The notes beneath the pieces were generated by a model that was not told where the DNA came from, made no database searches, and was given only the letters and a program-made list of their open reading frames with translations. From assembly GCA_036339735.1 (NCBI GenBank), contig JAYZAL010000087.1, forward strand, positions 11,820-75,819: a stretch of DNA of 64,000 nucleotides, read 5' to 3'. Every line of letters starts with the position of its first letter. The stretch's first letter is position 1. The DNA comes from Candidatus Poribacteria bacterium (GTDB lineage Bacteria > Poribacteria > WGA-4E > UBA9662). Below, piece after piece: positions 1 to 9,619 of the stretch. The position numbers were made by a program, and so were the translations under genes.

Positions 1-514
1 CTCCCACATATCTACTACCGTGAAAAATTTGTCCATCTAGGATAATGCCACCACCAACGCCAGTTCCCAACGTCAGGCAAATTATGTCTTTCATACCGAT
101 ACCAGCGCCTTGGCGTAATTCGCCATAAGCCATAGCATTACCATCATTTTCAATATGGATAGGTAAATGAGTTAATTGTGCCTCTAGATTTTTCTGGACC
201 AAATCAACTAACGGAATGTCATACCAACCATCAAAGTTAGGTGAGAAATGGACGATCCCACGATCCGGAATAATCAAACCAGGTGTTCCAATACCAATAC
301 CAACGAGATCCTCAGGAGATAGTTGGGGATTCGTTCGAATTAATTGGTGGATTGCCGAGGCTATGTTACCTGATACTATCGATGCGCCATCATTAGCTTG
401 ACTAGGCTTAGATAAGTTATCAATCACTTTCCCAGTACTAAGTACCAAACCTGCTTTAATTTCTGTTCCACCAAGATCAACTCCAATGCTGTATGATTTA
501 CTTGATTGACTCAA
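1..514 (-). CDS. ROK family sugar kinase (glucokinase-like), runs off the window edge
   Basis: Not in the ORF track. Minus strand GGAGG then TTG at 514 reads MSQSSKSYSIGVDLGGTEIKAG...GIGIGTPG...IENDGNAMAYGE...LTLGTGVGGGIILDG, the ROK motifs. Confidence 0.9.
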   Translation of the reverse strand, partial: MSQSSKSYSIGVDLGGTEIKAGLVLSTGKVIDNLSKPSQANDGASIVSGNIASAIHQLIRTNPQLSPEDLVGIGIGTPGLIIPDRGIVHFSPNFDGWYDIPLVDLVQKNLEAQLTHLPIHIENDGNAMAYGELRQGAGIGMKDIICLTLGTGVGGGIILDGQIFHGSRYVG

Positions 515-556
515 TTAACTTACCTCCACTGCAATTTAAAACCAGTAAAAAAGCTC

Positions 557-1306
557 TCAATTACTGGACCAGTTCACCAAGTGCCTTAAAATTTGAGATA
601 ATTCCTGACGACTAGAGACTCTATCGATTAAGCCATTATCAGGTAGCGAAATCATTTCTGTTTCCGTAGCTTTTTCAACAATTAAGATATCACCCATCGG
701 AAAATTGGGAGAGAATTCTTGTGAAATCAACCTATCTTGAAAACGCGGATCGGGTGATGTCAGGACAGTTAAACAGAGTAACCCTTTTAACTGTTTCTGT
801 TTAAGAACCAGAAGATTTAAATCAATTGCTGATAGGTTTTGTAGATCAGGCTCTTGGATATCTGGTAAAAACACGATAAAAGGGCATCGTTTTTCTGTTA
901 CAATTTCGAATGCTTGAAGGGCAGGGGCTACTGATTGAGGCAAACCAGACAGAACAACAACTTCTTCTGATCCTAACAGGCCAGTTGCGAGATAACATGG
1001 ATCATCATTTTGTTTGGTTGGTAAGTATTTATATTCTACTGAATTTAGTATTTGTTCAATTCGGTACTGGTTTGGCAAAGCATTATTACATTGGCAATAA
1101 GGACAAGTATAAAAATTTCTGATCAATGTCTTAGAAAATACTAATTCATTGCACTGATGACACTTTTCCCAAAGGCTAGACTCACTAGGGGATAATACTG
1201 AAACCGGCTCCGTTGTTTCGCTTGCCTTCATTGAATCAGATATACCACTGGATGGAATTGTCAGTATTTCTTCTTGGTCTGATTGCATTTTTAAATTACC
1301 TCTCAT
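557..1306 (-). CDS. Degenerate AccD-like protein (C4 zinc finger plus carboxyltransferase-like scaffold lacking catalytic Gly motifs)
   Basis: LWEKCHQC...CPYC zinc finger, then AccD-like segments TVLTSP, GDILIVE and GLIDRVSSRQEL; no GGSMG, SGGARMQEG or TTGGV. Confidence 0.65.
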   Translation of the reverse strand: MRGNLKMQSDQEEILTIPSSGISDSMKASETTEPVSVLSPSESSLWEKCHQCNELVFSKTLIRNFYTCPYCQCNNALPNQYRIEQILNSVEYKYLPTKQNDDPCYLATGLLGSEEVVVLSGLPQSVAPALQAFEIVTEKRCPFIVFLPDIQEPDLQNLSAIDLNLLVLKQKQLKGLLCLTVLTSPDPRFQDRLISQEFSPNFPMGDILIVEKATETEMISLPDNGLIDRVSSRQELSQILRHLVNWSSN

Positions 1307-1313
1307 TTGTTTC

Positions 1314-1718
1314 TTAACTGATACGCTTAACCATAGTAATACCAGTCCTCTCGTAGTTCACCTCATCCATATAGGCATTGATTAGTTGTAAACCACGCCC
1401 ACTAGACCGCCAAAGATCATTATTTTCTACATGTATCGGATACACGTCTTGACCACTATCTCGTATAACAATAGTTATTTTATCTACTGCGGCTCGAAAT
1501 TCAAAACGAATATGAGAATTAGAACTGGCTGTATTACCGTGTTTTACAGCATTTGTACCGGCTTCAATAACAGCTAAGTTAATTTGATGACGTATATGCT
1601 TATCTATTTTTAGCAGGTCTAACATTTCAGAGATCACGACATCGAGCAAATGAATACTCTCTAGACTCCTTGGCAGATCAAGTCGTACAGGGCACCCATT
1701 TATAAAAGAGTCTGACAT
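1314..1718 (-). CDS. RsbW/SpoIIAB-like anti-sigma factor Ser kinase (HATPase_c)
   Basis: LAVIEAGTNAVKHG N-box, IRDSG, SGRGLQLINAYMDEV. Confidence 0.85.
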   Translation of the reverse strand: MSDSFINGCPVRLDLPRSLESIHLLDVVISEMLDLLKIDKHIRHQINLAVIEAGTNAVKHGNTASSNSHIRFEFRAAVDKITIVIRDSGQDVYPIHVENNDLWRSSGRGLQLINAYMDEVNYERTGITMVKRIS

Positions 1719-1720
1719 AC

Positions 1721-3004
1721 CTAACTAGTTTCCAAGTCAAACGTTTGGTTCTCTATTACTTTAACTACAACCATAGCTAAATCATCTTTCAGTTGGGGAA
1801 ACGATTCGGGAGGAGAATCAGCATTCAGTCTATCTATTTTACCCGTTTTAATAAACTGATCTAAACTACTGGAAATTCGTTGACAAATTCCATCTGCTGA
1901 TAAATATCGACTTTGCAGTAAGACTTGCTGTAAACGTTCTTCACCATAAGGCTGACCATCCGGGCCTTCTGCCTCTACGATACCGTCAGTGTAAAACAAC
2001 AAGATATGCCCAGCCTTGAGTTCAATCAGCTCTTCATCAAAATTAGCAAATTCAAAACTGCCTAACAATAGCCCACCTACAGTCAATGTATGAACCTGTT
2101 CATCTACTACGTGAAGTGGATAACAGTGACCAGCATTAGCATACCTAAAAGTACGAGGTTGCTGGATATTTTCATCTGTAGTCGGATGAACATCTAGGAT
2201 ACCATAAACAATAGTTGCAAAAAGATCAGGGGCAGTATCCGTAGCAATCAGATCGTTTACTCGTTTTAATACATTTGCAGCAGGAGAAGTGTGCCGCGTG
2301 GCCTCCTCTCGGCCAACCAGACGCAACGCAGTACGAATCATTGCCATCAATAAAGCGGCTGGAATACCTTTGCCTCGAACATCAGCAATAACAAGCCCAA
2401 AACAATGATCATTCAACTGGATAAAATCGTAGAAATCACCTGATATTGACATAGAACTGTGAAGACACCCAGCGATATCAAAACCTGGTATCTGGGGCGG
2501 TTTTTTGGGTTCCAATCCTCTTTGGATAGCAGCCGCAGCCTGTAGATGGGATGCTAATTGCTCTACGGCATCCTCACTATACCAGTTCCCCATAGCAGAA
2601 ATTAAGGGGTTCATGTACTTGACAGGTAATGTTCGATTTAATACTGATTCAATCCGTAGAATCAACTCTTTGGTATCAAACGGTTTAGTAATATAATCTT
2701 CAGCTCCAGCAGTTAGACCTTTGATTTTTTCTTTGGCTTGAGCCATGGCTGTCAACATAATAACCGGGATATTTGCTACACTAGGTTTGTCTTTCAGAGA
2801 AGAGATGACAGCATATCCATCCATACCCGGCATCATCAAATCCAACAAAATCAAGTCAGGTTGATGAATATCAGCGTAGAGGAGACCATCCATCCCATTG
2901 CTAGCTTGAAACACTTCGTATCCTTCGGTTGTCAACAACATTTCCAACAAATCTAAAATGTCAATTTCGTCATCTATAACTAAAATTTTTGCTTTGTATG
3001 TCAT
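1721..3004 (-). CDS. Response regulator fused to SpoIIE/PP2C phosphatase (RsbU/RsbY-like)
   Basis: REC domain (ILVIDDE, LLDLMMP, YITKPF) plus SGDFYDF, IADVRGKG, YTDGIVEA, DDLAMVVV. Confidence 0.9.
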   Translation of the reverse strand: MTYKAKILVIDDEIDILDLLEMLLTTEGYEVFQASNGMDGLLYADIHQPDLILLDLMMPGMDGYAVISSLKDKPSVANIPVIMLTAMAQAKEKIKGLTAGAEDYITKPFDTKELILRIESVLNRTLPVKYMNPLISAMGNWYSEDAVEQLASHLQAAAAIQRGLEPKKPPQIPGFDIAGCLHSSMSISGDFYDFIQLNDHCFGLVIADVRGKGIPAALLMAMIRTALRLVGREEATRHTSPAANVLKRVNDLIATDTAPDLFATIVYGILDVHPTTDENIQQPRTFRYANAGHCYPLHVVDEQVHTLTVGGLLLGSFEFANFDEELIELKAGHILLFYTDGIVEAEGPDGQPYGEERLQQVLLQSRYLSADGICQRISSSLDQFIKTGKIDRLNADSPPESFPQLKDDLAMVVVKVIENQTFDLETS

Positions 3005-3010
3005 TACGTT

Positions 3011-5488
3011 TTACAAAGGTAAGGTAAACTGAAAATTACTACCTTGACCTCCTTCTCCATCATCCATCCACAATCTACCGTGGTGAGCAGAAATAATACT
3101 TTTTGCGATGGCTAGGCCCAGTCCAGTACCGCCCTGTTGTCGCGTATGAATACTGCTCTGTTGATAAAATTTATCGAATACTTTTTCTCTTTCATCCAGT
3201 GGAACACCAACCCCATTATCAATAACTTCAATATGCAGTGAGGGAAGATCATCACTTTTGACAGCCTTAATATTGGCGCGTACCTGAATTACGCCGCCAT
3301 CTGGTGTAAATTTGATAGCATTTCCAATTAAATTAGTTAGTACTTGGCCTAGCCTTGCTTCGTCTCCATAGATCGTAGGGAGCTGAATTTCATCATTTAA
3401 TATCAGCTGAATTGATTTTTCTTCGGCTTGTGGACGGAGATCAGCTACTCGATCTTTAATGATTTTCGTCATATTAACTGGCTGACGTTCAAATTCTGTT
3501 CGACCAGCCTCAATTCTGGAAACATCAAGTAAATCATTAATTAAATCTGCTAACCATTTTGATTGACGATGTACTCGTAATAAACTGTCTTTTTGTTTTG
3601 AGTTCAGATCTCCGGCTTTCCCGTCTAACACAAAAGATACAAAACCAATAATAGAAGTCAGAGGAGTTCTTAATTCGTGAGAAACTAAGGAGATGAAATC
3701 TGATTTCATCTGATCAATTTCCCTTTCTCGTGTCACATTCTCAAAAACGTATACCGAGCCTAGAATTTTTCCTTCCTCATCTAGATATGGAACTGTCACT
3801 ACCCTCAGTATAATCTGCCTTTCTTTTTCGTTAGCTTCTATCCGAATAACCTCATCCTCATTCTCTTTCTTATTTTTGTCTCTACCTAGCGTAATCTCAG
3901 TTGTCACAACATCGGTTATCGGGCTGTCAGAAGTTTGCCTCTTTTGTAAATGATGAGTTTGGTTCAAATTTTCCGTTGTAGTGCGTTTGGCTCCTTGCAA
4001 TAGTACCTCAATAAGATTTTTGTCTTTTATAATAGTCGCGAGGTCTTGTTTTAGAGCACTACTATGGATATTTAACAATCGCTCAGCCGTCGGGTTTATA
4101 TGCAAAACTCGATATTGACTATCAACTACAATCAGTCCTTCGGATAAACTGTTGACGATAGCTGTCATCTTTTGTTCTTCTTGCCTTAGGTTTTCAACTG
4201 CAGACTTGAGGTTACGCTCCATAGCATTAAATTCTTCAGCTAATAGACCCAATTCATTACCAGTTGTAACTGGAATTTCTTGGTCAAACTCACCTTGTCC
4301 AACTGCACGCACACCACTAACCACCTGCATAATAGGAGTCACAATCCGTTGTGATAATAGCCAGGCAATAGGAATGATTATGGCACAAGAAATCATCGTA
4401 AAATTAAGTATTCGCTGGGTTAAATCTGTAATGCCTTCGAAAGCTACCACCGCTGGTTGGGAAACCAAGACTGTCCATCTGCTGAAATTGGGTCTTGTTT
4501 TTCGGTTATGCCATCGCTGGTGCCAAATTCTGGTCCTCGCCCAACCATATACTTGGGCGAGTCCTCTGGTATTCGTCAGCTCTTGTGAATCTCTAGTTGA
4601 AGTGTTTGTCTTTTCGGCCCGCATGTGGTAGTCGTACCACTTCTCTTTTTTGTGTTCGCCTTGACTTGCTATGATGGCTGCCATGGCGGCATCACTTTGA
4701 TCGATTCGCTCACCGAACTCGTACTCACTTGAATTTGAAGCTACAATAACTCGACCATATTGGTCAATAATGACTGTTTGAAGAGCTGAAAGCTCGTCTC
4801 CCTGCCGGTAATTAGAATTTTTCACCAAGTCAGCTAGCTCCGGTAATACCAGCGTGGCCTTCAAAATTCCTATAACATTTTGCTGATTCCTATCGCGAAT
4901 AGGCAAAGCAATTGTCAATTGATATTGTTCCCTCTCAAGAACAATATCACCGATAACATCGTATCCTAAATTATTGTTGTAGGCTTTATCCCACCAGTCA
5001 TCCGAGACAGATGAATAGAGAATATCTTGGTTTGAGGATTGAATAATTTGCTTCGTTGCATTAGTGATAATAATCTGGCTATTGGGGCCAGCGTAACCCT
5101 CTAGCTGTTTTACGTCATCTCGTAGTAGATTATTCGATTCTAGTAGTTGAAGCTCAGTCGGTAGATTAGGCGAAAAGCTATCATTGCGATTACCATTTGA
5201 GAGTGCGACCTTGGTTTGAATTGTTTTAATGTATTTCTCGATAGTATCCAATCGCAGGGTGATACTTTGGTCAGCTTGATCTAATTTTCCTTGTGCAACC
5301 TGAACTAATCCTTTCCCGATGGTCTTTTCCAATGCTTGTTTACCATACGTGTATGCAATTACCGAGGCTACCAAAAGTGGAATTAGTGAAATTAGTAAAA
5401 ACTGTAGAACGAACTCACCTCGTAGACCTAGATTAGGCCAACGGACAGCAGCTAACTGACCAATATTTTTATTTTCCACATTAGTCAT
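3011..5488 (-). CDS. Membrane sensor histidine kinase (Cache-like periplasmic region, HAMP, PAS, HisKA, HATPase)
   Basis: Two TM segments, HAMP (NELGLLAEEFNAM), PAS, VSHELRTPLTSI, NLIGNAIKF, GGTGLGLAI. Confidence 0.92.
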   Translation of the reverse strand: MTNVENKNIGQLAAVRWPNLGLRGEFVLQFLLISLIPLLVASVIAYTYGKQALEKTIGKGLVQVAQGKLDQADQSITLRLDTIEKYIKTIQTKVALSNGNRNDSFSPNLPTELQLLESNNLLRDDVKQLEGYAGPNSQIIITNATKQIIQSSNQDILYSSVSDDWWDKAYNNNLGYDVIGDIVLEREQYQLTIALPIRDRNQQNVIGILKATLVLPELADLVKNSNYRQGDELSALQTVIIDQYGRVIVASNSSEYEFGERIDQSDAAMAAIIASQGEHKKEKWYDYHMRAEKTNTSTRDSQELTNTRGLAQVYGWARTRIWHQRWHNRKTRPNFSRWTVLVSQPAVVAFEGITDLTQRILNFTMISCAIIIPIAWLLSQRIVTPIMQVVSGVRAVGQGEFDQEIPVTTGNELGLLAEEFNAMERNLKSAVENLRQEEQKMTAIVNSLSEGLIVVDSQYRVLHINPTAERLLNIHSSALKQDLATIIKDKNLIEVLLQGAKRTTTENLNQTHHLQKRQTSDSPITDVVTTEITLGRDKNKKENEDEVIRIEANEKERQIILRVVTVPYLDEEGKILGSVYVFENVTREREIDQMKSDFISLVSHELRTPLTSIIGFVSFVLDGKAGDLNSKQKDSLLRVHRQSKWLADLINDLLDVSRIEAGRTEFERQPVNMTKIIKDRVADLRPQAEEKSIQLILNDEIQLPTIYGDEARLGQVLTNLIGNAIKFTPDGGVIQVRANIKAVKSDDLPSLHIEVIDNGVGVPLDEREKVFDKFYQQSSIHTRQQGGTGLGLAIAKSIISAHHGRLWMDDGEGGQGSNFQFTLPL

Positions 5489-5548
5489 TGGTCTTCATGG
5501 ATCAGATTTGGAGTTTCGTAAACAGCAATTGTTTGATTAAAGGTTAAC

Positions 5549-5884
5549 TCATATAGGCATTTCATTCTTAATTTCTAAGACTGTATCCAGGCGAGTAACC
5601 TGAAAGACATGGCGAACATTAGGCTGAGGATTCAATAGAACCAATTTCCCACCACTTGGTCTCAGCCTCTGAGCAATCAGCATAATTACACCCAGAGCAC
5701 TACTATCAAGCAGCGAAACTTCAGACAAATCAAGGGCAAAACCTTTGGGATTCAATTGGCTTAATTTTTCCATCTCTTTTTTGAGGTCTTCCGATTTTAA
5801 ACCGATTATTTTTCCCGTGAAATGAAGTGTTGGAGGTTCGCTATCCGAAATTCGGATTTCACTACGATTGTCAATTAGTGGCAT
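5549..5884 (-). CDS. STAS-domain anti-sigma factor antagonist (RsbV-like)
   Basis: LDLSEVSLLDSSALGV phospho-Ser motif; VRHVFQVTRLD. Confidence 0.88.
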   Translation of the reverse strand: MPLIDNRSEIRISDSEPPTLHFTGKIIGLKSEDLKKEMEKLSQLNPKGFALDLSEVSLLDSSALGVIMLIAQRLRPSGGKLVLLNPQPNVRHVFQVTRLDTVLEIKNEMPI

Positions 5885-5892
5885 GATAGTTA

Positions 5893-6558
5893 CTATTGTC
5901 CCCGCTTAATTGCTATTAGATTTTCTTCGTAGATGTCAACAACCTCAGCTCCAAGCTGAGATAAAACTGACTGGGCAGAATCAATCTCTTTCTCAACTAA
6001 TTTTGTCGGACCAGATTTGTAGGCATACCAAGTACCGTTAGGCTGTAACAATGGTAAGCAGTAAGTGGCAGAATCTGATATGTCAGCCACATAGCGAGTC
6101 ACTACGACATCCGCTGGAACATATGCTAGATATTTTTCCTGAGCAGCCAGTGTTTCAGCACGGTTGGCTAGAACTTCAAATTGGCCAAAACCATGTGGGG
6201 CAGTTTGTCGAAATTGAGCCAGAACAAACTGTAAAAAACTAGCTTTTTTACTAACCGATTCGACTAATAACAAATTGGTCGACGGCTGATATATTTTAAG
6301 CGGTAAACCAGGAAAACCTGCACCACTGCCAATATCGATTAACCTACAAGCAAGTGGTAATTCAATAAATTTTAGCAGTTTTAATGAATCCAAAAAATGC
6401 TTATGGATGATACCTAAGTCATCATCGATACTAGTCAAGTTAATATAGTTATTCCAAGTCTTAAGCTGCTCCAGATAAAAACTAAATTGGTCGATTTGCA
6501 GATCAGACAAGGGAAAACCGTTTTTTCGAAACTCAACTTCAATTGAGGTGGACTGCAC
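5893..6558 (-). CDS. rsmG: 16S rRNA m7G527 methyltransferase
   Basis: WNNYINLTSI, KHFLDSL, IDIGSGAGFPGLPL; follows mnmG. Confidence 0.93.
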   Translation of the reverse strand: MQSTSIEVEFRKNGFPLSDLQIDQFSFYLEQLKTWNNYINLTSIDDDLGIIHKHFLDSLKLLKFIELPLACRLIDIGSGAGFPGLPLKIYQPSTNLLLVESVSKKASFLQFVLAQFRQTAPHGFGQFEVLANRAETLAAQEKYLAYVPADVVVTRYVADISDSATYCLPLLQPNGTWYAYKSGPTKLVEKEIDSAQSVLSQLGAEVVDIYEENLIAIKRGQ

Positions 6559-6590
6559 AGTATTGGCACTTAAGAACCAATGCGCAAGGC

Positions 6591-8549
6591 CTAGGCCAAT
6601 AGGTTCTTACCCTCTTGCTTTTCATTATTAATTTCTTTCATCTCTCGGCTTTTTAGCCAAACCATCAAGATTGATATGTCAGCTGGCGTGACTCCGGGCA
6701 CGCGTGATGCATGCCCGATGGAAACGGGTCGAACTTGAGACAACTTCTTTCGTGCTTCAGTTTTCAGACCATGGACTGCATCAAAATTAAAATTGCTGGG
6801 AATAGGAAGTGTCTCCAGTCGTCTAAATTTTTCAATTTGTAGATCTTGTCTGGCTATATAGCCTGCATATTTAATCTGAATTTCGACTTGCTCTCTAATC
6901 GCACAACCCAAATCCTGATCTAAGTTTATGGTGGAAGAGACCCCAATTTCGGTAGCTAAATTGCTAATTTCCTGGTAAGTGATATGCGGACGTTTCAGTA
7001 GATCTGCTAATGTCGTAGCCGTCTTAATGTTAGGTAGCCCAACCTTTTCAAGTTTTTTTAACGTTTCTTCAGTAGGTTTAATTTGTGTTTGAGAAAGTAA
7101 TCTGAGTTCTGTCAATACAGCCTTCTTTTTTTTCACGAACCTTTTGTAATCACTTTCGCATACAGTTCCAATTTGGTAGCCTGTTTCGGTTAGTCTCCAG
7201 TCAGCATTATCTTCTCGTAATTGCAATCGATGTTCAGCCCGAGAAGTAAACATCCGGTAGGGCTCTCGGATATCTTTTGTGACTAAATCATCAATTAACA
7301 CACCAATATAAGCCGAAGCACGATCCAATACTAGCTGACTTTGGTTCTTCACTTTCAAAGAGGCGTTGATACCAGCCATCAGTCCTTGGGCCGCAGCCTC
7401 TTCGTACCCAGTTGTACCATTTAACTGCCCAGCAAAAAACAGGTTTCTAACTCTCTTGGTTTCTAAAGTTGGATAAAGTTGGGTAGCTGGCGCGAAATCG
7501 TATTCTACGGCATAGGCAAACCGCATAATTTCTGCTTTTTCCAGTCCTTGGATACTTCTCACCATTTCTACTTGAACATCTTCTGGTAGACTTGCTGAAA
7601 TACCGTTGAGATAAATTTCTTGTGTATCTCTTCCTTCGGGTTCAACGAAAATCCTATGCTCATTCTTTTCCTCGAACCGAACTACTTTATCTTCTATAGA
7701 GGGACAATAACGAGGTCCAATACCTTGAATACGTCCACTATACATCGCTGATCGCTCTAGATTATTTCGGATAATATTATGTGTTTTAGGGTTGGTGTAT
7801 GTAACGTAGCAAGGTAATTGAGATTGGCTAATCAAGTGATTAGAGAAAGAAAATGGCTTCGGGACTTCATCACCAGGCTGTACTTCCATTTTGCAAAAAT
7901 CAACTGTTTGTGCATTAACACGGGGTGGTGTCCCTGTTTTCAATCGTCCTACTTCAAAACCAAGATCTAGAAAACTTTCTGATAGCTTTTCAGCGGCAGA
8001 TTCTCCGGCTCGACCTGCGCTATAGGATACATCACCAATATGAATGGTACCTTTTAGAAAGGTACCAGTGGTCAAAATAACCGTTTGTGCCAAGTAAGCT
8101 GTTTGAGTATGTGATACAACACCTAAGCATTGGCCATTTTCGGTCAATAACTCTTCAACTAAACCTTCTTTCACATCTAGACAATCTTGATTCTCAAGTA
8201 CTTGCTTCATATAAAGCTGGTATGCCTTCTTATCAGCTTGAGCTCGACTAGAACGAACAGCTGGCCCTTTCTTCGTGTTTAATTGTCGAAATTGAATGCC
8301 TGTCTCATCAATGGCTTTAGCCATTTCACCACCTAACGCATCAATTTCTTTGACCAAATGTCCCTTTGCTAAACCACCAATAGCTGGGTTACACGACATT
8401 TTCCCAATCGTATCTAAGCTAATAGTCAACATAAGTGTCTGACACCCCATCCGAGCAGAAGCTAAAGCCGCTTCACAACCGGCATGCCCTGCCCCGACAA
8501 CCAACACGTCATAATTTTTGTAATAGTAATTCATTTCTTTTTGACTCAC
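6591..8549 (-). CDS. mnmG: tRNA uridine-5-carboxymethylaminomethyl(34) synthesis enzyme (GidA)
   Basis: VGAGHAGCEAA, SCNPAIGG, RLKTGTPPR, GPRYCPSIEDK, GQLNGTTGYEEAAAQG. Confidence 0.97.
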   Translation of the reverse strand: MSQKEMNYYYKNYDVLVVGAGHAGCEAALASARMGCQTLMLTISLDTIGKMSCNPAIGGLAKGHLVKEIDALGGEMAKAIDETGIQFRQLNTKKGPAVRSSRAQADKKAYQLYMKQVLENQDCLDVKEGLVEELLTENGQCLGVVSHTQTAYLAQTVILTTGTFLKGTIHIGDVSYSAGRAGESAAEKLSESFLDLGFEVGRLKTGTPPRVNAQTVDFCKMEVQPGDEVPKPFSFSNHLISQSQLPCYVTYTNPKTHNIIRNNLERSAMYSGRIQGIGPRYCPSIEDKVVRFEEKNEHRIFVEPEGRDTQEIYLNGISASLPEDVQVEMVRSIQGLEKAEIMRFAYAVEYDFAPATQLYPTLETKRVRNLFFAGQLNGTTGYEEAAAQGLMAGINASLKVKNQSQLVLDRASAYIGVLIDDLVTKDIREPYRMFTSRAEHRLQLREDNADWRLTETGYQIGTVCESDYKRFVKKKKAVLTELRLLSQTQIKPTEETLKKLEKVGLPNIKTATTLADLLKRPHITYQEISNLATEIGVSSTINLDQDLGCAIREQVEIQIKYAGYIARQDLQIEKFRRLETLPIPSNFNFDAVHGLKTEARKKLSQVRPVSIGHASRVPGVTPADISILMVWLKSREMKEINNEKQEGKNLLA

Positions 8550-8562
8550 TGGATAGAGATCA

Positions 8563-9267
8563 TCACCTCAGTTCTACTTTTGGGTCATAACCTTTATTGT
8601 AACTAGTTGAACGCTTAGGAATATAATGACAAATGAAGGATTTGCGAAATCTGTTCATAGAACGATTAGGTAGAGAGCCGTGAATCAACCTACCATGAAA
8701 AAATAGGGTATCGCCTTTTTCCATTTCAACCATTTTAGTCGAGTATTGAGGATTTGGTCTCACTGCTGTATGAGTAAATGAAAGTGCGGGGTCAGTTTCT
8801 TTCATTTCTAATACTGGCTCTAGATGCGAACCAGGACAGACCATCAACGCACCATTACCAGCATCAGTTTTTTCAAGGGCAACCCAAGCAGCAACACAAG
8901 AATAAGGTTGTGTTTGCAAATAAAAATCGTCTTGGTGTAAGGCTTGACCAAGTGCCTGCGGTGGTTTCCAATAAATCATAGTTTGCAAGCCAACTGCTGG
9001 TTCACCCAGTAGAATTTCCAATTGATCGACAATTCTCGGATGCCTCAAAACGTGCAGAGATAGCGGGTCTACCCGGTGCGGGTGCATCATACGAGGGTAA
9101 ACTTCTAGAGGGTCTTCGGCATCTGGTTTACTGTTGAAACATCCAACAATGCTTTCTTGTTGGTGGAGTTCATGAGCGCGTTCAACTATCTGATCACATT
9201 CATTTACTGATAACAAAGACTCGCAGACTACGAAACCATGAGCAAGGTATTGATTTTGTAAATTCAT
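8563..9267 (-). CDS. Phytanoyl-CoA dioxygenase (PhyH) family protein
   Basis: HQD motif, NGALMVCPGSH, GDTLFFHGRLIHGSLPNRS. Confidence 0.88.
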   Translation of the reverse strand: MNLQNQYLAHGFVVCESLLSVNECDQIVERAHELHQQESIVGCFNSKPDAEDPLEVYPRMMHPHRVDPLSLHVLRHPRIVDQLEILLGEPAVGLQTMIYWKPPQALGQALHQDDFYLQTQPYSCVAAWVALEKTDAGNGALMVCPGSHLEPVLEMKETDPALSFTHTAVRPNPQYSTKMVEMEKGDTLFFHGRLIHGSLPNRSMNRFRKSFICHYIPKRSTSYNKGYDPKVELR

Positions 9268-9619
9268 ATTATTTCTTCTCGCTACCCCCCCAAGTATACC
9301 ACATCTCTACAAGATTAATATGTTGCTACTTGTTGGTGGAACTTGAAAACAACAGGATTGTCTGTTATCTTCTGGGCAGTAATTTCAATCCCTTCTGACA
9401 TATATCTTAAAAAATTAATAACTTATCTCAAACCAAGATAAAAAGAGCAGTCATGAGAAACAAACCTGTCCTGTTTCCTAATTTATAATATAAAGGAACA
9501 GGATTTGAGAAATACAGAAAGAGGAAGTCAAATAAAAAGATTACTCATAAAACTTAAACGCCAATTGATTGTTCAGTAATCATAGCTTTTACTACTTTTG
9601 TGGCATAGGAGTTTTGATA

